Assembly: GCA_030390025.1 (NCBI GenBank)
Contig: CM059432.1
Location: 91,266,001 to 91,330,000, forward strand
DNA: 64,000 nt
Direction of reading: 5' to 3'
Origin: Squalus acanthias
Taxonomy: Eukaryota
Shown here: positions 38,830 through 51,671 of the stretch, in pieces
Position numbering within the stretch: the first letter of the stretch is position 1
Layout: the number at the start of each line of letters is the position of its first letter
Position numbers and translations under genes: made by a program
Notes under the pieces: generated by a model
What the model was told of the DNA's origin: nothing
Database searches by the model: none
Seen by the model: only the letters and a program-made list of their open reading frames with translations

Positions 38830-40419
38830 GGCCCAGAATTTGCTGGGAAAATAACAGAGGGCTAAAAGTTCGGGGGCTTTATGCCACCCATTACTGTCAA
38901 AAAATCACGAAACGAGGGTGGCTATCACTCTTTCGTCAGCTGATGGTGGGTTCAGCGGTGTCCTCCATTTTCCCAGGTCCGGCAGCACTGCTAGTAAGAT
39001 ATATCGCCCTGCAAAGTAAAATAAAGAAGTGGTGACGTCAGTTGGCGTGCAATTGGACGTTTGCGCTGGGTCCTAAGCACGCCAGGTAAACACAGCGTGC
39101 AGCAGACTCACGGAGGCGCTGTTAACACCTATTAAAGGGGCACACACATCTTTCAGGTAAGTTTGCATTTAAGCTTTGAAACTTTTTTGGATTTTACTGA
39201 AGTAGTGGCTTGCTGCAATAGATGTTAAACATTTTTCAAATGTATAGGGAGTGCTGTTGGGTGCTTGCAAGGCCTCAGATGGTAAAGGAAGGCCTCTGAG
39301 AAGACAGAAAAAGCTGCGAATACTCAGCAGATCAGGCAACAGAGAAAAACAGAGTTCACGTCTCAGGTCAAGATGCTACCTGACTTGCTGAGTATTTCCA
39401 GCATTTTATGCTTTTATTTCAGATTTATAGCATCTGCTCACAGAGGGAAGAGGAAGATGCAGAAGAGGAAGAGACTGAAGAGGAGGAAGCAGAAGAGGAG
39501 GAAGCAGAAGGATGTAACACAGATAGCCCCTTTCTGGCCGGTTACAGATTGTGGTGGAATACAATTCTGCTGCTGCTGATGGCCCACAGCGCCTCATGGA
39601 TGCCCAGTTTTGAGCTGCTAGATCTGTTCTGAATCTATCCCATTTAGCACGGTGGTAGTGCCATACAACACGATGGAGGGTGTCCTCAATGCGAAGACAG
39701 GACTTCATCTCCACAATGACTGTGCGGTGGTCACTGCTACCAATGCTGTCATGGACAGATGCATCTGCGACAGGTAAATTGGTGTGGACAAGGTCAAGTA
39801 GGTGTTTCCCTCGTGTTGGTTCTCTCACCACCTGTCGCAGGCCCAGACTGGCAGCTATGTCCTTCAGGACTCGGCCAGCTCGGTCAGTAGTGGTGCTACT
39901 GAGCCACTCTTGGTGATGGACATTGAAGTCCCCCACCCAGAGTAAATTCTGTGCCCTTGCTACTCTGTGCCCTTGCTACTCTCAGTGCTTCTTCCAAGTG
40001 GTGTTCAACATGGAGGAGTACTGATTCATCAGCTGAGGGAGGGCGGTAGGTGGTAATCAGCAGAAGGTTTCCTTGCCCATGCTTGACCTGAAGCCATGAG
40101 ACTTCATGGGGTCCGAAGTCAGTGTTGAGGACTCCCAGGGTCACTCCTTCCCGACTGTATACCACTGTGCCGCCACCCCTGGTGGGTTTGTCCTGCCTGT
40201 GGGACAGGACACACACAGGGGTGGTGATGGAGGAGTCTGGGACATTGGATGAAAGGTGTGATTCTGTGGGTATGACTATGTCGGGCTGTTGCTTGACTAG
40301 TCTGTGGGACAGCTCTCCCAATTTTGGCACAAGTCACCAGATGTTGCTGAAGGATGAGGTAAAAAAATCCAACTCACAGGGCATGCTGTGAGCTGCTCTG
40401 CTCCAGCAAATTGTGGGCC
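38830..40419 (+). mobile_element. Deleted Harbinger J with acidic transposase-tail remnant and nested LINE/Penelope pieces
   Basis: TIRs GGCCCAGAATTTGCTGG / CCAGCAAATTGTGGGCC (16/17). TGACGTCA at 39033. Glu-rich remnant at ~39440-39535. Confidence 0.75.
39538..40345 (-). mobile_element. LINE apurinic-endonuclease domain fragment (probably the same family as 13569-14718)
   Basis: ORFs 39896-40330 and 39406-39936: PDIVIPTESHL, RGGGTVVY, YRPP, GDFNVHH, PTRGKHLLDLV, SDH. Confidence 0.9.
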
Positions 40420-40425
40420 AATAAT

Positions 40426-41168
40426 GGGCCAAAAATTGATCCCGCTGCGCGAGAGTACGCACTGCGTACTCTCGCGTATTCTCTCTCCAATTGCCGGTTT
40501 TCTGCATGCCCTGCGCATGCGCTGAAAACCGGTAATTGGTCTTTTGAAAAGGGGGCGGTTCCTCGGTGCATCGCGTGCGCGCTACAGGCTGCGCGCACGC
40601 TGTGCACTTCATGCTTTGGACGCGCAGGTAAGTACGGAAGATTTTAGAAATGGAAAAAGGAGGAGTAAGACCCACTTTTAACAAGGTAAGTAGTGAATTA
40701 AGTATTTTTTTGAATTTTTTTTAACAGGTATATCTTTTTTAGAGACTTTAAAGACAGGTAAGTTTATTTTTATAACTTTTTAAAAGATTTTAAATTTTTT
40801 CAAAAATTTTATTTTTTATTTAAAATGGCTAATTTATTTAACTATACTTATTTTATTAATGTGATGGTTTTTTTTTAAATTTAATTGAGGTTTAGCTGTT
40901 ATTTTGGGGGGGTGTAAGATTCATAGATTTCACAGCACGTATGTGAAACTTATGAATGGAAGATGGTGTGCTGCCATTGGCTCTAACTGAGTCACGTGAT
41001 CCCACAGCTCGCACGAATTCACTACGCCGGTGGGATACGCAAGCACTGCCCAGCTGATGTCTGGAACATCAAGTTCGTGCGAGCTGGATCTGAAAAAGCA
41101 CAAGCGGAGTGAGAGATCGCGGGGAAGCCTTACCCCCGCGGGAACAGAGCGAGATCAATTTCTGGGCC
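40426..41168. mobile_element. Non-autonomous TIR element K abutting J
   Basis: TIRs GGGCCAAAAATTGATCCCGCT / AGCGAGATCAATTTCTGGGCC (18/21). Flanks ataat / attat. Confidence 0.85.
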
Positions 41169-43989
41169 ATTATCTTTCTTTTATAAGAAAAAATTCAGGT
41201 CCCCCAAAAGCTCATCTAATTAATGCAGGCTAGGATTAGTGCTTTTGGGTGACACAGGTGAAAATTGCCAAAGTGATCATTTTTGATCACTATTCAATAA
41301 TCTGTACTAGAAATTAACATGTGTGAATGTTGGATTGGGCTTAACTGAAATGCCTCTAGCCTGGACACTTAAGGGGCACTCCTCTATTAAGGTCCAGATA
41401 GCGTGCATACAGAACTTCAGTTCCTGTTTTTTGATCAAATATTACATGACAGTCATAAAATTGTAAAGGCCTATCACCACCAACAGGTATAGCAAGTACT
41501 GCAGGTACACAGTGACACTTTTAAAAAGCATTTTTCCATAAAGATCGGGTTACATAGGAGTTTTCAATGCATTTTGAAATGGAACATTGTGATCCATCCA
41601 GCAATTTAAGTTTATAGTATAATAGATACATATATATTTTCAAAATGCATTGCTGCAACGCTAATTTCCTGCCATTATTTGTGCAAAATTTTGCTTTGGT
41701 TTTTCAACAATGCTTTGTTTTCTTTGTTTACTTTTAGTGCAGCTCCTAAAAGTGTGTTGCCATTGGCACCAAGGCTGAAATGTTACACTGAATCTACTGT
41801 AATATGATCTGAAAAAAAGCTAGGCTTTATTTGAAACATATGTTCCCTATGATAGTTTGTCCTCAATTATAGACGATATTCTATGTTGTACAGAGGAATT
41901 AAAGTTCAGGCATGGTCATGCTCTGAAAGTACAAAAATGGTGTTCACTAAACAATTCTGTACCATTTAATGTACAATTCTGTAAGCACATAGATGCTGAT
42001 TGCAACTTTATTTAGTCTATAAGTGTACTTTAAATAATAATGTGGTTGTCATTTTACTCCATGGTACAAATCCTTGCTTCCCCATGTTGGAGCAGTTAGG
42101 GATATCCAAATGAAATATATAAAGTATGATCTAGTCTGTATTTGGTCTCATGCAGTAATACCAACTTTATTCCAAATTGTCACTATCCACAAATCTAAAA
42201 GATATATAAACAGGACGAGTCCCCCCATAAGATCTATCATGGCATAACTGAAACTAGGCAGAATCATTATGGCAACGGGAAAGACAGGAAGCCATGCACA
42301 ATCTGCTTTCCATTTAAACATTGTGAGACAATGTAATGATCTGCTTTCAGAAAATAATTGCTGTCTTGTCCCTTTGGGGTAAATATTCACAGACAGAAAA
42401 AGTACTCTGCCTCTAAAGAGACATTTTGTCTGTTATTATACACAGACATACCCATCATAGGATTTAATGTAATTTTGATATTACTGCTATCTGGTTCACG
42501 CCTATATAATTAAAATGAAAATTTAATTTCTCAGATTGCTTTTTGTGCAGATATAGTTTCAATACTCAATTTCTATGGCTTGCTGGTATTTGCTGCTTGT
42601 AGCAATACCAACTTTATGTGCCAGTACAACTACTTCTTTAATTATTCACAGCCTCATTTTATATTTACTGCTGGCTTCCATAAACAATCCCATTTATCAG
42701 CATCTGGTTCACGGATTCTGTGTGCTTAGTAAAATGATTGAACAGATAATTGTAATGTTTTACATTAATTTTATGACATGGTGTGCTGTGACACATAGGA
42801 TGAATATTTTATGTAAATTTATATATCTATATATTTATATCTTTGCAATGCTTAATTTTCAATTTTGATATCAAGAATGATTTTTAAGCTTGATTCATAT
42901 TTAGATTTTATTCTGCCCTCCTATGCCTTGGCTGAGGTGAAGACAATGGAAGAGTACTACTGTCATGATTTACATCTTAGAAGATATGTATTAAATAATA
43001 TTTTAAATCAAAATCTTAGATTTTGATATAAATGCAATATAAAACCTGTAATAATAATCAAAGACTCAGATTCTAAATTGATCTACGCTAGTCAAACTCT
43101 CTGAATTCAGGACAGGACAAAATGAAAAAGAAGCAGATTAGTTATAAAAATTGGATGTCAGAGACATTTAGAAAAGTGGTGTGGTATAATATTATTATGC
43201 AAAACAAAATTGCACCCACAGTAATGGACTGCCATAAAACTGTATTTTTCTGCAAATAGCAAAGACTCTACAATAATTATATCTTGTTAGTGTCTGCATC
43301 CTTCTATTTGTGATTTATGCTTTACTGCACAGATGACAAGTAAGCATGAAAAACTGACATACTGAGTGCTAATAAATGTGTCTAATATTTGAATCTGCCT
43401 GAAAATACTTTACACTCCAAACTTAAATCAAAGCATTCATCACTTTGGTTGCATATTGCCACATATTTCAGTATTGAAGCGAAAAGCGATTTGTTTTTCC
43501 AAAGTAATAACTGGCACATTGGAAGCATTCTTTTTTTTTACTGAACTCCAGTAATGGTAAAATGTCATTCTTGGATAGAATAGCTGGTTAATGTCAATAG
43601 CAACCTATGAGAACTTGCTTGTATAACAAAATAATTATGGATAAAATAGAGGAAAATATAATTTTACTTTTTTCATATTAATCTTCAGTTTACTTTAATT
43701 CATTCAAGATTTTTATCGTCCACATGAATATTACTTTTTTTAAATATGCAAAAGTATTTACTTGTTTAAAATCTCCTCCTCTTTTTGATTCCTACAAGCA
43801 ACCATCTCCCAAATCTTCCTCCATTAGATGGGGGCGGGGCAGGGGTGAGGACATTTTGAGCTGCTTTTACAGATGCTCTGCATCAACCAACAGAAGGTTC
43901 AGTTAGACAGGATGTGCTTGAGCTGAGCAGTTTTTCCTTCTCCTGGCATTATAGCCCCAAAACGAAAAACATCTCTGTCAGTCTGGACA

Positions 43990-44113
43990 AGATGTGGAGA
44001 TGCCGGCGTTGGACTGGGGTGGACAGAAATGAGAAGTCGCACAACACCAGGTTATAGTCCAACAGATTTATTTAAAATTACAAGCTTTCGGAGCTGTCGC
44101 CCCTTCCTCAGGT
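43990..44113 (-). mobile_element. Penelope-like element terminus with minimal hammerhead ribozyme core
   Basis: Minus strand CTGAGGA-A-GGGGC-GACA-GCTCC-GAAA (44111-44086). Near-identical copy at 61232-61320. Confidence 0.65.
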
Positions 44114-44792
44114 AGAGTAGCTGTGAGAGAATCTCCCAGAATTCACAATATAAACACAGCAAAAATGTATTCAAATCTTTCCCTACATCAAAGACACACT
44201 AAGAGCACAGCCAAGACAATGAGATGTGTCCAAGAGTTACCTGTACTTGGCATGTGAGGACTGCCGAGTCTGAATTCAATCCCTGTTGTTGACATCATAA
44301 CATTCTACTGTCAGTTCTTGAGACACAAGTATATCGGGTACAATTTTGAAAGGCTCTGTTTAAATAAGTCCACCATCGATACTCATTCAAAAATTCAGGA
44401 AATAAATACATTGATCATAACTATCATATTGATGAAAAGGATTTTTCTCCAGTTGAGTATTGTAAAGCACTTTGGCCTAGAAATTTAGCTTCGTAGTGCC
44501 CGATTTTTCGGCGCTGTTGGTGCTGTTTTGTGTCAAAAATGGTGTCTCCGCCACCGTGCACACTTCTGGTGCGGGCCGCACCGGGCACCATTTTGGTGAA
44601 GTCATTTGCGTCGGTGCAGGGAGCGTGCAGGGAAGGTTGCAAAATACGCAGATCGTGACGTCTATAACGCTGATTTAACGCCAGCGCTGCCATTTCTGAC
44701 CTCAACGCTGGAGCTACGCCCTCACTTAACCTCCCACAGCTGAACATGCAGCAGGAAGGACTCACCACCAGCGCTATTTAAAGGGATCATCA

Positions 44793-45620
44793 TTTTTCTT
44801 TTTAATTCATTCATGGGATGTGGGCGTCGCTGGCAACGCCAGCAATTATTGCCCCTCCCTAATTGCCCTTGAGAAGGTGGTGGTGAGCCGCCTTCTTGAA
44901 CCGCTGCAGTCCTTGTGGTGAAGGTACTCCCACAGTGCTGTTAGGGAGGGAGTTCCAGGATTTTGACCCAGTGATAATGAAGGAACAGCGATATATTTCC
45001 AAGTCAGAATGGTGTGTGACTTGGAGGGGAACTTGGAGGTGGTGGTGGTCCCATGTGCCTGCTGCCCTTGTCCTTCTAGGTGGTAGAGGTCACGGGTTGG
45101 GAGGTGCTGTCGAAGAAGCCTTGGCGAGTTGCTATAGTGCATCTTGTAGATGGTACACACTGCAGCCACGGTACTCCGGTGGTGGAGGGAGTGAATATTT
45201 AAGGTGGTGGATGGGGTGCCAATCAAGCGGGCTGCTTTGTCTTGGATGGTGTTGAGCTTCTTGAGTGTTGTTGGAGCTGCACTCATCCAGGCAAGTGGAG
45301 AGTATTCCATCACACTCCTGACTTGTGCCTTGTAGATGGTGGAAAGGCTTTGGGGAGTCAGGAGGTGAGACACTCGCTACAGAATACCCAGCCTCTGACC
45401 TGCTCTTGTTGCCACAGTATTTATGTGGCTGGTCCAGTTAAGTTTCTGGTCAATGGTGACCCCCAGGATATTGATGGTGGGGGATTCGGCGATGATAATG
45501 CCGTTGAATGTGGTTAGACGCTCGCTTGTTGGAGATAGTCATTGCCTGGCACTTGTGGGGCGCGAATGTTACCTGCCACTTATCAGCCCTGAATATTGTC
45601 CTGGTCTTGCTGCATGCGGG
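44793..45620 (-). mobile_element. 5'-truncated LINE (family of 13569-14718)
   Basis: ORF 44846-45373 YKAQVRSVMEYSPLAWMSAAPTTLKKL; T-rich tail at 44793-44803. Confidence 0.9.
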
Positions 45621-46376
45621 CTTTCTGGTTAGATGCTGATTGATTTCTATTGGCTCTTGGTGAGTTTGTAGAGGTGTTTCTTGGTTTGGTGTCTTATTTG
45701 AAGTGACTGAAACCTCAGGGGAGTGGTGTGGCAGGTTATTCAAGGCTTCTGCTTAGACCAGTTGCTCCCAGACATGGGTCGGTGCAGGAGCGTGCGCTGG
45801 AAGTTTGCAGAGTACGCAGTTCATGACATCAATAACGCTGATTTGATGCCAGCGCTGCCATTTTTGACCTCAACGCTGGAGCTAATACCCTCTCTTAACC
45901 TCCCACAGCTGAACATGCGTTCAGCAGCAAAAAGGGCTCCCCACCAACGCTATTTAAAGGGATCATCACCTGCTTTCAGGTTAGATGCTGATTGATTTCT
46001 ACTGGCTCTTGGTGAGTTTGTAGAGGTGTTTCTTGCTTTGGGGGGAAAAATTCAGTATCGACCATTTTGGGGTGCTAACATTGCCCGGGTGCAAACTTTA
46101 GCGCTGGCAACCGTAAAATTGAGTTTTAGTGCCCCAAGAGGGAAGTGGGGCGCTAAATCAAGCGCTACACTTATCTTAGGGCGCTAACGTCGGGGAGCCG
46201 GGCGCTACTGCAGAGCGCTAATCAAGTTCAGGCGCTGTCAATTACAAGTACTCAGAAAGACTGGCGCCTTCCAGTTCTTAAAGGGGAGGTTCAATCATGC
46301 TGCACAGCCTCACTCTGATCATTGCTGCTTGTGACCTGGGCCTGCAAGGAGGTGCAATCCATCAACTACAAATCTC

Positions 46377-48256
46377 ATGGCTGATCAGAGGCCCAAGGAG
46401 AGAGCTCGCCGGTTCAGCGACCAGGCATTGGAGGCTCTGGTTGCGGCTGTGGGACGCCGGCGGGCAGTGCTGTTCCCAGACACTGGCAGGAGGCCATTGC
46501 CGCAGGAGTTCAGAAGGATGTGGCGGGAGGTGGCCCAGTACATCTCGGTCAGAAGCGTGGTCCACAAGACTCAAACCCAGTGCTGCAAGAAGTTCAACGA
46601 CCTCAGTCGGGTGGTCAGGCTGAGTACATGCTTCAAAAACCTCTACATCCCACCATCTCAACCTCACTCTGTGCACAGATGGTATAAACCACCAAATCCC
46701 CCAAACTATGCCCATCTACTAAAAGTCACATCCACATCTCACGCCTTGCATATATTAACAGCTATTCAACTATGGTAGGCACATCTTCCAAACACATGGC
46801 TGCACATTCACTCACATGCTGTCCTTTTTCTTCCAGACCAAGCTTGCTCATAACAAGAGGGAGCAGCAATGCACGGGAGGAGGTCAGGTGGAGCTGCTCC
46901 CCCTTACACAGCTGGAGGTGCGCGTGCACAGCATCATCGTGGCCCAGGTTGTGGGCGCTGTGGCAGTTGGAGAGGTCCACCCCCTTGGGGACAACAACGG
47001 TATGTTCATCAGCTCTCCCTCTTCTCTCATACCACTTCCCCCTCACAACACAAGCCCTTCCCACTTTCTATCCAAGTGTACTGTCTCCATTCCTTGCTCT
47101 CTTCCTGCCCCCCTCCCTTGATGTTAAACCCACTCTTGTGCCTTTATGCTTTCAGATAATCAGCCACCATCTGACCAGCCTGTCCCTCAGCCTCCTAGTG
47201 GTAGCGATGCGGGAGAGGAGGAGGAACACCAAGCCGGAGCCTCACTGCCTGTGTCTCCCGAGGGCGAGACATCCGATAATGGGACCACGCGGTTGCTGGA
47301 GGGGAGCAGAGGAAATGGCTCTGATGTGGGTGAAGCTCCAGGACCCAGCGGGCTGCAGCAATGCCATCGGGAAAGGGAAGCTCGGGGGCCATCTCCCTGG
47401 AGGATGACTGTGCACACGAGTTCTGCTGCACAGGACTCAGATGAGGACCTTGGTGTCGAGGCCATGACCACACAGGCAATGAGCCTGCATACTGAGCTCA
47501 TGGGTGCAATAGCAAGGGTGCCCGAGAGCATGGATGCACTGGTTAGGAGCGTGGAGGAGTCTGCCTCCAGCATTGTTCTCATCTCTGCACAAACCTTCGA
47601 GCCCATCCTTGGCACTTTGCAGAGGATGGCTGACTCGCAGAGACCTCATGCCGCGTGTCATGGGTGAGGTGGCAGCAGCTATTGCAGCACAGGCTGAGGC
47701 AACGCAACGGCTTAGTGCTATAATGGAGTCAGTGGTTGGTGGCATTCAATCTCAGACTGCTCTCATGCAGTCTCAGATTGATGCCACGCAAGCGCTGACT
47801 GCTGCCATCATTGCTGGGTCGCCCACAGTCCACCGGGGACCTCATGGTGCTGCAGCAGGCCAGCAATCTGTGCTCGAGCAGATTGCTCCAGATGCTGAGG
47901 TTCTACTCCGGGGGAGTGGCAGTGTGTTGGACGAGCAGGAAGGTGCTGTCCTCTCTCAGGATGACAGCATTCCTGCTCCCACCACTGCCACTGCGCCATT
48001 GCACTTGCCGCAGCCTGTAACCCAGCCATCCCAAGCTGCTGCCGACCATGCTGAGGTGGTGCAGTCTACAGCCGGGCCTTCCAGGCCTAGAGTTGGTTGA
48101 GGTCGTCCTGCAAGGCCATCTGCAGTCCCTGGCTCCCAGACTCAGCAGCCTTCCGCCAGTCTTGCTGCAGCTACTGGGGCCACATTACGGAGGAGCAGTA
48201 GGGTTGGGAGGGGGGAATTGCAAAGGGGAGGGAAATCATTGAGGAAGGCCCAGTAA
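46377..48256 (+). pseudogene. Three-exon Myb/SANT-like (NAIF1-type) partner gene of Harbinger M
   Basis: Exon 1, 46377-46619 (RERARRFSDQALEALV...WREVA...QCCKKFNDL), has its donor mutated to CTGAGT. Exon 2 is 46837-46999. Exon 3 starts at 47156, with a frameshift at ~47645 and TGA at 48098-48100. TAA at 48254-48256 is followed by AATAAA. Confidence 0.88.
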
Positions 48257-48557
48257 ATAAAATGTTAATAACAAATGGGGGAGTGTGTGTACAAAAGTTG
48301 ATGTGTTTGTAAATATATTGTTCAGTTTGGTAAGAAATAGTTCCGTTTGCTAAGAACCAGTTGTGTTTGTTCATAAATTGTTGTGTTTGTTTATTATTGG
48401 TTGTGTTTGATAAGAGAGAGTTGTGCAGAATAATAAATGTTTATTTCGACGTAGCAAATTTTGTGATGTTTCTCATTTGAGCTTTGCCCGGTGATAGGGG
48501 CTGCGAGCTGGCTGTAATGATGCGGTTGTTCTGCGCAAATGCCATGTGCTGTCTCAT

Positions 48558-49722
48558 TTATTGGAAGCGCTGTATAATGAGGCGATCACGAACAGCCCTT
48601 GCAGAAGCAACATTGATTAGCTCCCTCCTACGTTGGTGCTGCTCCTCCCCTCTTCTTCCTCCTCCTCCTCCTCCTGTCCCTCTTCCTCCTCCTGAGGTGG
48701 ACCTGCAATCCCTGGTGGCAATGGCTGGGCCCTCAGAATGGCCGGGTTGTGCAGCATGCAGCACACAACAATGAAAAGGGAGACTCGATCAGGGGAGTAC
48801 TGCAGGGCTCCTCCAGAGTGGTCAAGACAGTGGAACCGTTGCTTTAGCACGCTGATAGTCTGTTCAATCAGGTTCCTGGTGGTGCTATGGCTCTCATTGT
48901 ATGTGTGCTGAGCAGGAGTGTTGGGGTTGCGGAGGGGTGTCATCAGCCAGGTGGCAAGCGGATAACCCTTGTTGCTGAGCAGCCAGCCGCGAGCTTCATG
49001 TGGTGGTTGGAACAGTGCTGGGACACCAGTCTGTCGCAGGATGAATGCAACGTGGCTGCTGCCAGGATAGCGGGCATTGACGGCGAGGATGCGCTGTCTG
49101 TGGTCGCACACCAACTGCATGTTCAGAGAGTGGTAGCCTTTGCGGTTACGGAACTCCTCTGCATTGTGATGTGGTGCCCGCAATGCCCCGTGGGTGCAGT
49201 CAGTGGCGCCCTGAACCATGGGGAAGCCTGCTATCCTTGCAAAGCCACATGAGCGTTCATGCTGTTTGTCTCTGGTCATGGGGAATGAGATGTACTCCCT
49301 TCTCCTTCTGTAGAGAGCGTCTGTTACCTCCTGGATGCAGCAATGGACGGCGAACTGTGAAATGTTTGCAATATCCCCTGTTGAAGCTTGGAAGGAGCCA
49401 CTGGCATAGAAATTGAGAGCGACTGTGACCTTCACTGCCATTGATACGTCCTGGTCCTGAGCTGAAGCTGGAGCTCTGGCTGCAGGAGGTGGCAGAGCTC
49501 TGTGACCACCTCCTTACTGAAGCAGAGCTTTCTAAGGCACTGCTCCTCTGACAGATGAATGTAGGAGAAGTGATCCCGGAATACGCTGGGAGGGTAAGGC
49601 CTCCTGTTGAGAGCCCTGTTGGCCCTCCTCCCTCTGGCCACGTTTTCCAATCTTTCTCTCTGCCTCCGCTGCCTCCGACGGTGAAGCTGGAGGGTGAGGT
49701 CCTGTGCCAGTACAGCCCCCAT
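48558..49722 (-). pseudogene. HARBI1-like transposase of Harbinger M
   Basis: ORFs 49432-49749, 48617-49441 and 48558-48764 join by two frameshifts. Motifs VALNFYASGSFQ, GATDCTH, NRKGYHSLNMQLV, LLSNKGYPL (second catalytic D appears as N), IEQTI, CCMLHN. Confidence 0.93.
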
Positions 49723-50454
49723 TAAGTGTTGGAAATGTTGCAATATCAAAAGTAAGACAAATGAACCTGATAAATTTTTGTCAGGAGCAAAACTCCTTCA
49801 AGCAGGAAAACCTCAATTGGGTCAAAACGCCTGTCAGCTTCTGTCAAAGTGACGAGGCAGCATTGTTTGCCGACAAAAAAAACAGGAAGTTCACACCTTT
49901 AAATAGCGCTCCTGCAGCTCCCAGCCGACTGCAAACTGCCTCCTCTACCTGTTGTACCTAACGACAGGCGCTGAGGCAGGGGGCAAAAATGGATTTCCAG
50001 TCCGGGTTACTACCGAGGCGATGCGCGGCTGGATGACGTCACGATCTCCGGACGCAGGAGATTGTGGCAGTAGTGCTTAGCACCACCGCAAACCGTCAGG
50101 TGAATTTCGCCGGCAGTGCTAACATCACCACGCCCGGGCGGTAAGTCATTAGCGCCCCCCAGAGGGACTAATGGGAGGTGCTAACCAACCAAATTTCTCC
50201 CCCTTGGTGTCTTATTGAAGTTGCTGAAGTCTCAAGGGAGTGGTGTGGCAGGTTAATCAAGGCTTCTGCTCAGACCAGTTGCTCCCAGACATGGTGCTGT
50301 AGTTTGTATCCCCCTTTGCCTGCAGCATGATAGGGATAATGAGCAGAGGTGACACAAAGGAGGACAAGCTGCTTGAAGAGGGAGGAGTAGGAGGGGGAGA
50401 AGTGACCCCAACAGGAGGCGATATCCACCCAGGGTCTTCAGGGAGCAATTCGCC

Positions 50455-51371
50455 CGTGCAAAGTTGGTGCTGGACTCCTGCACGCTCCTTGACATTGCAC
50501 TTTCTGGCAGGCCTGCCAACACACAAAGCATTTCATTGTGCATATGCATCAGCCTTCATCTGTAGGCCGTCCCATCAAAGTCCTCATATGAGTCCTCTGC
50601 AGCAGAACTTGTGTACGACCTCGCTCTCCAGGGAGCTGGCATGTGCGCTACCTATGGATGTGAGAAGGAGAATCAGGTATGAGGATACCGTCATCTTGGA
50701 TTGTTTCATCCTCATTTCTGGCTACAGGCTCAGTGATGGCCGCTCCAATTACCTCCAGCACAGTCTTCTCCATGGGGGTTAGGCCATGCAGGCATGCTTA
50801 TTTCCCTGCGGGGAGCCCCTGCTGCCTCCGGTTATGAGCCACATAGCCCTGCAAGAGGAAGGGAAGTGTGTCAGTGAGTGTGGTGCAATGTGTTTGGGTG
50901 ATGTGGCTGTCATGGTTGAATAGCTGGCAGTGTGTGCATGCTGTGAGATGTGGGTGAGGCTTGCAGTAGTGGTAAGTGTGTGAGGGTGAGGTGAAGCTAT
51001 GATTGTGAGGGATGAGTTGCGTTTGATAGAGATTGATGGTACGTGAGTGATGGGGCTGTGGTGCACTGCGCAGTTTGTGAGGCTAGTGGTGCAGATGGTG
51101 GGATATGGCATTTGAAGATGAAGTCACTGACCTTGACCATTCGTGTGAGGTCATTGAACTTCTTCCTACACTGCATCCAGGTCCTCGTGGCTACACTGCT
51201 TTCATTGACAGCGACGGCTATCTGCTCCCATTCCCTTCTCAGCATCTGTCTGGAGGGCCTCCTGGCCCCCTGTGGATAGAGGACACCTCTCCTCCTGTCC
51301 ATCTCCTGCACCAGAGCCTCGAGTGCTGCATCAGAAAATCTAGTAACTCTCTTTCTGCCATATTGTGCCAT
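50455..51371 (-). pseudogene. Myb/SANT-like gene remnant of Harbinger L
   Basis: MAQYGRKRVTRFSDAALEALVQEMDRRRGVLYP...WEQIA...RTWMQCRKKFNDLTRMVK, then an intron and deleted exons 2-3. Confidence 0.88.
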
Positions 51372-51671
51372 CTTTATACTTCCTGTAGCTCACACACTCC
51401 TATACAACAACTTCCAGCACCTGCTGCAGCCAGAATCCACCTCCCCTTTAAGAGTATAAAGGCTGGCTATAAGAAGTGCTGGCTAGCTTTAATTGGTGCA
51501 CAAACTTGGGTCCCCTGCTGAAGCATGTAGCCATTCAACAGTGTGTTTAGCGTAGGGCTGTATGCTGCAGTTTTTTAAATTAGCAAGCAGCATTGGAAAC
51601 AACGGGCACGGGGTAGTCGCGCATCACGGTACCCGCGCCTGTTTTCGGGCCTTATCCAATTACTCGGCCCC

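Larger units (their letters stand above)
46041..50203 (-). mobile_element. Near full-length autonomous-type PIF/Harbinger M (4163 bp)
   Basis: TIRs GGGGGAAAAATT / AATTTCTCCCCC. TTG TSD at 46038-46040 and 50204-50206. Both genes are present, convergent, with AT-rich 3' ends between them. Confidence 0.95.
44474..51669 (+). mobile_element. Composite Harbinger L (internally deleted) hosting a LINE and Harbinger M
   Basis: TIRs GGCCTAGAAATT / AATTACTCGGCC. The flanks rejoin approximately into a SINE tail (aaagcactt...gcatttatatagc). Transposase 5' stub at 50291-50450 is fused to Myb exon 3. Confidence 0.75.
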
